From Sphagnum compactum (Eukaryota), in NCBI GenBank assembly GCA_965153455.1, contig OZ234494.1, positions 2,666,001-2,730,000 on the forward strand: DNA of 64,000 bases. The letters are read 5' to 3'. Position 1 is the first letter of the stretch, and the number at the start of each line of letters is the position of its first letter. A model generated the notes under the pieces. The model saw only the letters and a program-made list of their open reading frames with translations, had not been told where the DNA came from and ran no database searches. This document shows, piece after piece, positions 13,998 through 23,389 of the stretch. Both the position numbers and the translations under genes were made by a program.

Positions 13998-14995
13998 TGT
14001 AACACGAAATTAGGTCGCCACACCAGTGTGAACACTGTATGATCTTGGGATTTAAGTTTGCTTTATTAGCCGTCATTTTGCTGCGGCAATCTCTCCATTA
14101 CTTCTGCATGGAAGTGCATGGGGGGTTTTCTCTCTGGGTGTGTGTGAGATGTTGTACAGGAAGGAGGTGGCGCGAATGATGGGAAGGAGTGGAGTTGCAT
14201 TGATGAGCCGAAGTGGAAGGCACGGCGGCGGCTGAGTAACGGAAAAAGGAAGCTTGTGATGGAAGCTACGAAGAAAGCGGAGAGGAGGAGGAGCTGCCGG
14301 TCTAGAAGGGTGGCTGGTTTTTTTTGGGTGAGCGATTAGTAGATCAGCACTGGAGATGAGAGGATAGGCAGATAGACAAAAAGAGCATTTTTTGAGGAAG
14401 AGCAGGCAGAGACGCTTGGAGGATAGCTAGAGAGGTCTGAGATAGACTGAGAGGTCTGATTTTTTGAAGAGCGTTTTGAGCTCTGGAGTTGTTTTCTGGA
14501 TCCTGGCTGATCATTGCTTAAGGAGGCCGAGATAGAGCTGAAGAGGTCAAATGAGCTTAGAAGAGTATAGACGTATCACTTTGTATGTCTGTTTTTGTAG
14601 AGAACTTGGCTGTGTTGCTGAAACTTTCCGCTGCGCCAGCGACTTAGCTAAGTGGGATGCATGATTTTGATGAGAACACCGGAGTAGGGAAGCTTGTGCT
14701 GTCGGGGAGATTCTGTGAATTATGAGTTATGAATTTAAATCTCTGAAATTCTGTCTTGTTGTTTTGCATGAGTAGACACTGTGTCTGAGGAAGTTCAGTG
14801 AAGGGGCTTTTGCATCGGTGATGTGTGCATCCCATTAGCTTTTAGTAGGACTAGAAGACAGAAGCTATGGACTTAGATTAGCGCAATTGTCATGCCGTTT
14901 GTTTAACAGACGATCACCCATTCGTATTTCTGTCAGGGTGAATTCAACAGAGGGGTCGAGTCGTTCTTTGACCTTTCCCTTTTCTTTTGGTATCA
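13998..14995 (+). repeat. 5' LTR
   Basis: Aligns without gaps to 20774-21771, with about 14 mismatches by eye. Starts TG and ends CA. Confidence 0.95.
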
Positions 14996-14999
14996 GAGC
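14988..14999 (+). promoter_or_regulatory. Primer-binding site complementary to the tRNA-iMet 3' end (TGGTATCAGAGC), overlapping the LTR end
   Basis: Exact canonical plant iMet PBS 12-mer at the 5' LTR/internal boundary. Confidence 0.85.
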
Positions 15000-15064
15000 T
15001 GGTTCCGTTCATGTAGCTTTGGTAGAACCTGTGGATGCTTAGGTAGAATGATAATTGGAGTATC

Positions 15065-15731
15065 ATGTCTTCGTCTAGTGCAGAGGAGGGTAATGTAGAA
15101 GAGTTGACACAGGAGATTCGTGAACAACAGCTCGTCAATAGGTTCGATTTTCTGACTTCGCAGAATGGACCCCAGAAAGGAGCTGTAGTCCTGCGTTTCC
15201 TGGGATTTGGAATAGTAACTCTGGTAGGAGTAGATCCAGCTGAAGCTCGAGTTGGAGATATAGCAGTAGAAGTAGCTCATAGTGGTTTTTTCACTCGCGC
15301 TCAAGTTTGGTTGAAGGTGACAAATGGAGCAAGGGGATGGGCATCAACCTCACAGTTATAGACGAAGTACTACTACACCTCCTATCTTGCGTAGGGTAAC
15401 GCCTTTGTTTGCTGAAAGGCAGCGTAGAGTACCCAGGCTAGGGAACATCTGGATTCCCAAGCTTGCTGTAACGCCTAACCATTTTGTCAGATTGTATATT
15501 CCTGGTGTGGAAGATTTGTTTCAGGAGGGAGATCGCCTACTCAGGGTGGAGCATGGTGGATCGAGATCTCGCCTCATGAGCTGGAGGATATGGCGCAACC
15601 AAGAGGGAGAATGGTAATTCCAACAAGAATCTACAAATGAGCAGAGTTTTTCCACTTTCGCTTCTATTGTTACACCTTTGAGACCAGTGGCTGAGGGAGC
15701 TCAGTCTGACTTTATAGAGTGGCGCGGGTGA
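15065..15731 (+). pseudogene. Extra ORF between PBS and gag (unknown function, ~220 codons, one frameshift and one stop)
   Basis: ORFs 15065-15361 and 15324-15617 overlap in adjacent frames. Reading past TAA 15615-15617 continues open to TGA 15729-15731. I recognise no domain. Confidence 0.5.
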
Positions 15732-15865
15732 TGTTTGTCTTTCTCAAAATGAAACATGAACAGAAGCGGCTGAGAAGCTGATCAATTTTGTTGTTATTTG
15801 ATTGTGATTTGAGGAACCGTGTGTGGAGTGTATGTAATTGTGGTGTGTAGCTGCGTATTTGCAAA

Positions 15866-18800
15866 ATGACTAGTCCCCAGGGAATGGATGAGCTGTTCTG
15901 GGGACGAGACCATGAGGATGTTAATGATTGGGCGGAGCGACTTACCATGGCTGCTGAAGTGCGAGACCTGAATGGAGACAAGCTCTTCAAGATTGCCAAG
16001 TTGAATCTGAGGGGTCGAGCCAAGGAGTGGTTCAAGAGGTTGCAGCCGGCACCAGCCGATTGGGCTGAACTGAGGACACTGATAGTGCAGAAGTATGGTG
16101 ATGTTGATGTTGATGACATCAGGATGAAGCTGGATGCCATCAAGCAAGAACCCAAGGAGAGAGTTCAAAAGTATTTTGAACGTCTCGACAAAATGTTTCA
16201 GAAGGGCCGACTACAAGACGCCGAGCAGAAGCAAAGATTCTTGGCCAGGTTAAGGCCAGAAATTCGAAAATTGTGTGTGGTGAGAACGTATGCAGACATT
16301 GAAGAATTAGTTGGTGCTGCGACGGAAGTGGAGAGAGTTATGGGTGAGCTTGGGGAGACTCCGTATGAACCTCTGAAAGAGGAACAAGAAGAGGAGTCCT
16401 CGCAAACCATTATGGAGAAACAGGTCACTGCTCTAAACAATACCCTCATCAATTTCTTCAAGGGGGCTGTGTCTAATCCAGAGGCTTCATCGTCTTCCAC
16501 CATGTTTGGAGGATGCCAAATCTGCGAAGGAGGGGACCATATGGCCACCACCTGTCCAAGGTTGACTGAAGCACGGCCGAAATGTGCCAAGTGCAAAATG
16601 CCTCATAGGATAGAGAATTGTGGAATAAAATGTTCCTTCTGCTCAGGGTTGGGGCATTCTAAGGACCGGTGCTAGAAGAAGCCCAAGGATGGGAAATCGC
16701 AATTTGGGGCAGCAAACTTCTTGGAGGTGTTGCTTAATGATGAGGCAGCGACCGAGCAGCAGCTTAATAAGCTGTGTGGTAATGAAAACCTTTTCTCTTA
16801 TACCCGAGTGCCGAGAAGGAGAACTCTTGTCGAAGTAGCACCAGGAGGGGCTGTGTCGATCCCTGAAACTATAGGAGAAGGAGTTGGTGCAAGCCGGGAT
16901 ACTGCAGTTAGGTCCAAAATTCTTTCGCACTTCATTAAGGGAAAGATTTCCCTCTCACCTATGGAAACTATTCTGATGATTCCTGGAGAACTGGAACACC
17001 TTGAGAGTTTGGTGAAGCTGGCAAGGAGAAAGAGGGATTCAGAAGCGACTGAGAATCAAGTGTCAGTGGTTTCCGCGAGTCCGTCACTAAAGAGGATCTG
17101 CATCAACAAGACCCATTGAAGCAAGACTCTGCATTTGCTTGTGGAGATCAGCAACTATGTTGTTGAAGGTCTGGTGGATACTGGAGCTTCCATGTCTGTT
17201 ATGGCTGCAGCTGTAGTTAGAGAGTTGGGCTTGATGCATCTTGTGACAGGGACTGAAACTTACAAGACCGCATCGGGAGTGGTCACTCAGGCTTTAGGAT
17301 GGATTGATGAGATGACAGTCAAGGTAGGAGGCGTACAGTGCGCCATGACCTTTATGGTTGTGGACACAGACAGTTACGACGTGCTGCTTGGACTGGACTT
17401 TCTGATGAAAATTGGAGCAGTTGTGGATGTAGAACGAGGTCTGCTACAAGTGAGACATGGTCCTGGGACCAATGTGGAGGTGTTGCCGTTGACGGTGGTG
17501 AATTTGCTGCAGAGGATGAATTCGGGAGATCTGGTGCAAGAGGCGTCGACCACCTGGAAAGACACGCGCGCCAATAGAAGTTCTAACTGGATGCCAGGAC
17601 AGGATCAGACGATTGTGACCAAGGAAGACGATGCATACACCTCGGATTCTGATGCTGGTACTGATAGCAGTGAATATTATGATTCGGAGTCTAATCAGTT
17701 GAAGCAAAGTGATTGCGAGGATGAGTTTGGGGATGCTGAGTTGGAGAAATTGGTGAGCTCAGAAGGGCCGCAAGAAATTCTGCGACTGGAGCTACAAGAG
17801 CAGGTTGATGGGTTCATGGCGGAAGAGGTCACAGATGCGGATGATTACGCAGACTAGATCAGATGGGTGTCTGATGCAGAGCAGGGCAGACAGGCCATGT
17901 ATGAATCCACGCATAATGTACCTATGCCATTGCTGCTGCAGCAACCCAGCACAGACCACAATTCTACGATTCCAGTGCTGTTGCAAACTGTCCGGGTGAA
18001 AGATGGTAACCCTAATTACAAATTCGCTGAACAATTGGCATCGTTCAGCCATTAAGAAATGGACAATAGGTGGAGGGAGATCTGCCAGCGAATCAGGATA
18101 GACACCGGATTGGATGATGAAAAACAGCAGCAAATCTGGGGAATTCTGGAGCGGTACCAAGATGTCTTTGCTTGGAACAAGGGAGAACTAGGCTGTTGCA
18201 CCATTGGGGAGCATTGTATAGATACGCAAGGATTCCCACCTTGCAAAGCATCTCCTGGTCGATTATCTTATTCGGAGGAGGCTGAAGTAAAAAGGCAAAT
18301 AGATGTCCTGGTAAATTTGGGTAAGATGAGGCCCAGCAACTCTGAGTATGCCTGTCGGGTGACTCTGCCAGTGAAGAAAGATGGGAGCAGGCGTTTCTGT
18401 GGAGACTATCGGCCACTTAACGCACAAACGCGTCGAGATTCATTTCCGATGCCACTCGTGGAGGATGTGATTGATCAGCTGGGAAACTCATCATGGTTCA
18501 TTGCCTTAGATTTGCAGTCTGGTTTTTGGCAAATTCGGATGGCTCTAGAGGACATGAAGAAGACCGCTCTGATTACTAAGACTGGATTGTATGACTGGAC
18601 AGTTATGCCATTCGGACTGAAGAACGTAACGAGTATGTTCACCCGAACTATGTCAGAGGTCTTTAAGGATTTGGGCAACAAGTTTCTGAAGGTATTCGTT
18701 GATTACCTCAATGTACACAGCAAGAGTTGGGGGGAGCATCTTCAACATCTGGATATAGTTCTTTCAAACTCAGGGAAGTGAATCTTAAACTGAACCCAAA

Positions 18801-20727
18801 CAAGTGTTGCTTTGCTGCTAAGACTATTACATTTCTGGGCCATGTGGTAAGCAAGGAGGGCACCAGACCGGATCCTGGGAAAATCGAAGCAGTTCTGCAT
18901 TTCCCAACACCGAAAACAGTCACAAGTGTCAGGTCGTTCTTAGGTCTGACAGGTTACTACCGAAAGTATATTCGAGGCTATTCAAGATTAGCAGGTCCTT
19001 TGTTTGAGTTAACAAGGAAGGACGTTGCATTTGTGTGGGATGTGGGCTGTCAACAGGCATACCAGGCGTTAAAGGCAGCACTAGTGGGCGCGCCTATGCT
19101 CACACGACCAAATTTCAAAAGAACATTCTGGCTGGACGTAGACTGGTCGCCCAAGGGTGTTGGAGCTATATTGTCACAGAAAGAAGGGAGGTTTGAGAAG
19201 GTGGTAGCGTACGCCAGCAAGAGCCTAACAGAGGCACAGAGGAAGTTCCATCCCATGGAAGGGGAATGCTACGCGCTGATTTGGGGCGTCATGCATTTCA
19301 GGCAGTACTTGCACAGAAATCATTTTATTCTACGCACAAACCACAAGCCGCTGGAATGGTTGGCTACGGTGTCAGATGCGCATGGCAGGAGAAGAAGGTG
19401 GGTAGATATGTTACAAGATTTTAGCTTCAAGATAATACACCGACCAGGACTCAAGCATACAAATGTCGATGCCTTGAGTAGGAATCCAGTTGGACCAGCT
19501 GCTGATGACGATGACTTCAGTGAAGAGATACAAGATATTGCAGGCACTCAAACTGATGCACATACAGGAGAAGAGGAGTTTCTCTGTGTTCGGACAGGCA
19601 AGGAAACAGAATGGCTCGGTGTAAGGAGAAGGGATAGGGAGTTAGTACAACACCGTACCTGTTGTTTCGGGATTAACCACTGTAGGTATGACGGCAGCCA
19701 TCAGTTGTATGTAGTTGACGTTGTATCAGGAGAAGAGCAGCCCAAGGAGGTTGTTTCAGGTGAAGCAGAAGCTGCAAATGGGGGTGAGCTTGTGTAGGAC
19801 GATGGTGAGAGAATGGTGGTGAAGAGAAGGAGACCCCAATACTTTGACAAGCGGCAGCAACTAGACCTGGTATTGGAGGCTCAAGAACTAGCTGAGTTTA
19901 GGGACCATGAGTTGAGTCCTACTGAATCTGATGATGAGGAAGATCAGAGAACGTTGGCTGAGATCCGTCGAAGGTACTTCTGGCATCATCGAACTGAAGA
20001 TGTTAAGATGGTAGTCAGAAGGTGCCAACAATGCCAACTGGTGAGGAGCGAAGAATTCGAGATGATGTGCAAGAATTACGGAATCCAGCATCAGCGCACT
20101 GCACCTATGTGGCCTCAATGCAATGGGATGGCGGAGCGCATAATCAAGACCATCAAGCATGGCATCACTGTTCTTGCTGCAACACCAGGCAATGTGGATT
20201 GTTGGGACGAGCATCTGGCTAAGGTTCTGTTTGGGTACCGATGTGGGATCCAGGCTAGTACAAGGTTTTCACCCTTCATGATTCTGACTGGTCGCACACC
20301 ACGTCTCAGGGCAGACAATTACCTGCACGCTCTGACTGCTAAGATTGATGATGGTGCGGATGTGGAGGTTGCTGCAGCACAGTTTCTCCAGAAAATGGAG
20401 CTTATTGCAAGCATCCACGAAAGCGTTTTGCTCAATGTGGAGCAAGCACAGAAGCAGCAAAGAAAGACTTATGCCACTCAGAAAGGTAAGCATTTGTTTG
20501 AGGGACTGGTTGCAGGGGCGACGATGGTGAAGATGAAGAAACCAGGAAAGAGAAGAGCTTTATCTGCAAGCTGGGAGGGTCCATATCAGTTCGTTGGGCA
20601 TGCTGATGGGCAAGGAAACTTTGACTTTGAAGAATGCAGTCGGATATGCATCATCCGAGATGCTGACGGACACCAGTGGGAAAGGTCTCGGCGGGATCTC
20701 CAGATCTATCACGTTCCACCAGACTGA
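15866..20727 (+). pseudogene. gag-pol polyprotein (Gag with 3 CCHC knuckles, aspartic protease, RT, RNase H, partially deleted integrase), disrupted
   Basis: CCHC motifs CQICEGGDHMATTC, CAKCKMPHRIENC and CSFCSGLGHSKDRC. Protease LVDTGAS. RT RFCGDYRPLN, LDLQSGFWQI, MPFGLKN and FVDY (normally (Y/F)VDD). RNase H DVDWS...GAILSQ...AYASK...ECYALIWGVMHFRQYL. INT PQCNGMAER. In-frame stops end at 16675, 17119, 17857, 18055 and 19797, with a frameshift near 18762. Confidence 0.95.
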
Positions 20728-20752
20728 GTGAAGCTGAGGGACTCAGCTTTTT

Positions 20753-20766
20753 AAAGAACGGAGGGG
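20753..20766 (+). promoter_or_regulatory. Polypurine tract (AAAGAACGGAGGGG)
   Basis: Purine-rich run ending 7 nt upstream of the 3' LTR. Confidence 0.8.
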
Positions 20767-20773
20767 TTACATA

Positions 20774-21771
20774 TGTAACACGAAATTAGGTCGCCACACC
20801 AGTGTGAACACTGTCTGATCTTGGGATTTAAGTTTGCTTTATTAGCCGCCATTTGGCTGCGGCAGTCTTTCCATTACTTCTGCATGGAAGTGCATGGGGG
20901 GTTTTCTCTCTGGGTGTGTGTGAGATGTTGTACAGGAAGGAGGTGGCGCGAATGATGGGAAGGAGTGGAGCTGCATTGATGAGCCGAAGTGGAAGGCACG
21001 GCGGCGGCTGAGTAACGGAAAAAGGAAGCTTGTGATGGAAGCTACGAAGAAAGCGGAGAGGAGGAGGAGCTGCCGGTCTAGAAGGGTGGCTGGTTTTTTT
21101 TTGGTGAGCGATTAGTAGATCAGCACTGGAGATGAGAGGATAGGCAGATAGACAAAAAGAGCATTTTTTGAGGAAGAGCAGGCAGAGACGCTTGGAGGAT
21201 AGCTAGAGAGGTCTGAGATAGACTGAGAGGTCTGATTTTTTGAAGAGCGTTTTGAGCTCTGGAGTTGTTTTCTGGATCCTGGCTGATCATTGCTTAAGGA
21301 GGCCGAGATAGAGCTGAAGAGGTCAAATGAGCTTAGAAGAGTATAGACGTATCACTTTGTATGTCTGTTTTTGTAGAGAACTTGGCTGTGTTGCTGAAAC
21401 TTTCCGCTGCGCCAGCGACTTAGCTAAGTGGGATGCATGATTTTGATGAGAACACCGGAGTAGGGAAGCTTGTGCTGTCGGGGAGATTCTGTGAATTATG
21501 AGTTATGAATTTAAATCTCTGAAATTATGTCTTGTTGTTTTGCATGAGTAGACACTGTGTCTGAGGAAGTTCAGTGAAGGGGCTTTTGCATCGGTGATGT
21601 GTGCATCCCATTAGCTTTTAGTAGGACTAGAAGACAGAAGCTATGGACTTAGATTAGCGCAATTGTCATGCCGTTTGTTTAACAGACGATCACCCATTCG
21701 TATTTCTGTCAAGGTGAACTCAACAGAAGGGTCGAGTCGTTGTTTGACCTTTCCCTTTTCTTTTGGTTACA
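20774..21771 (+). repeat. 3' LTR
   Basis: Direct repeat of 13998-14995. Ends TGGTTACA followed by the TSD. Confidence 0.95.
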
Positions 21772-22590
21772 CTGTGACTATGGAAATCCTAAGAACCTTC
21801 AAAATACATCCAAAAGTCATATTGTGGGAGTTTAGCAATCATTTATGTGTAGAACTAAGCATCAAGTGTCGAAGTACCTTAACATATATATTATAATGAA
21901 ACAAAAATAAAGTAATTTTTGATCCCATGTAAAATTTTAATTTAAATTTGATATTATATGTAATTTTTAAAAACCATTTCAAGTTTTAAGAAGGGATAAA
22001 ATGAAAAGATAATTGTTGAAGAAATGAAAATAAATGGTCCCAAGTGCTAGTTTTAACTAACTACAAAATTAGTGGTAGGACCCTCTTCATTTGGCATTTT
22101 TTATTAAAATAAATCTTTTGTATAAGTCAAAATCAGATTATTGGCACTTTTGCAAAATTTGAGTTGAAAGTTTACCAATAAAAAAAGAGAAAAAAAATGC
22201 TACAAGTTCCAAAATGAGGTCCAAAGTGAAATGAAATTATTTTTATTTTTTTAAAAAAGGTTTAAGTTTGTTGGTTTTAACTACCTCCAAAATTAATAAC
22301 AATTCACTCTCCTTGTAAGACCATTTTGATTCAAATGTATTATAGTGGGTATTGTGCGAAAGTTAGAAATATAAATAAATAAATAAATTTTTAACCCAAT
22401 TATGGTGGTCTAACATAGTTCATGTCAAACCCATTTCAAATAGGTGGGCTAGCATAAATTCCCTTGGACCATAAACATTATTCGCATTGCATTTAATGTC
22501 CATTTTTCATCCATTCACATTTCCATAGTCTAATTGTTTGCATTTATCCCTTTGGTTAGTCACCTTTAATCACTTTCAAAATCAATGGAA

Positions 22591-22930
22591 CATGTTTTAC
22601 TTTGAACAACTTCCATTAGTTTTGCCGAGGATCACCATTTGTAATGGCATTGTTTTCTCTTATGTTATTTCTACAACCTTAAACCTAAGTTGTTGAAGTG
22701 ATATGGATAGACCAATGCGTTGCATCTCTAACACCCAATTAACAACTTGTGCCTTTTCCTTGTAGATAATGTTGCATCCTTTCCATACTTCCAATATCTA
22801 ATTTTTCCATTGAGGTGGTCCTTTAAAGAAGTTGTAAGAATCCCAAAATGATGAATTGCCAAATTGAGTTTAGCACACATGTTCATGGCCATCATGGTAA
22901 CTCCAAGGACTAATCATTCCAATTCTCATT
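22591..22930 (-). pseudogene. Relic of a pogo/Tc5-type (HTH-psq plus CENP-B HTH) transposase DNA-binding region
   Basis: Manual translation FGILTTSLKDHLNGKIRYWKYGKDATLST / EKAQVVNWVLEMQRIGLSISLQQLRFKVVEIT*EKTMP...WKLFKVKH resembles the psq/CENP-B HTH consensus. Contains a stop and frameshifts. Confidence 0.65.
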
Positions 22931-23248
22931 CACTCATGTCCTGTAATTGGGGATTTGTGATTTGGGCTCTTTTCAATTACAACAAACTTGGGATTGTTGG
23001 AAGATTGTCAATCACTGACAAAGTTTGGTGTATGGCATGATTTTGTAGAGTGAAAGGGCAAATTTGTGACATAACCTAAAGTAGCCCAAGTTTTTGAGTT
23101 GAGTTGCTACTTCACTCCTCCTTATTTTTGGAGTCTCATCCTCTCCTTATTATTGGTCCGTATGTATAATTGCGGTATTATACGGTGGTACTATACCACC
23201 ATAAGAATCAACTTACATTATATAATTATTGTATAATAGGCAAGTGCG

Positions 23249-23349
23249 CCCACGGATTGTGTAAATGGTTCGATTCTTGCCCCACCCACGGATTGCACAA
23301 ACGGTTTGATTTTTGCCCCACCCACGGATTGCGCAAACAGTTCGATTCA
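23249..23349 (+). repeat. 36-bp subterminal tandem repeat x3 in the hAT left arm
   Basis: CACGGATTG at 23251, 23287 and 23323, each followed by ...aaa..gtt.gatt. Confidence 0.85.
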
Positions 23350-23389
23350 GGCAATCTGGTGCTCTGCTTTTTGGTGTTCATTTGTGTTC

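Larger units (their letters stand above)
13998..21771 (+). mobile_element. Full-length Ty3/gypsy LTR retrotransposon, inactivated
   Basis: Two 998-bp direct repeats (13998-14995, 20774-21771) with TGTAAC...GTTACA outer ends. Duplicated flank CTGT (13994-13997 / 21772-21775). PBS and PPT present. Domain order gag-PR-RT-RH-INT is diagnostic of Ty3/gypsy. Confidence 0.97.

Noticed and set aside
15712-20493. Many antisense ORFs within the gypsy element
   Set aside because: Shadow frames of the gag-pol coding strand
23249-23349. Regularly spaced 36-bp repeats superficially like a CRISPR array
   Set aside because: Whole units repeat without unique spacers, the context is eukaryotic, there are no cas genes, and it lies inside a hAT arm
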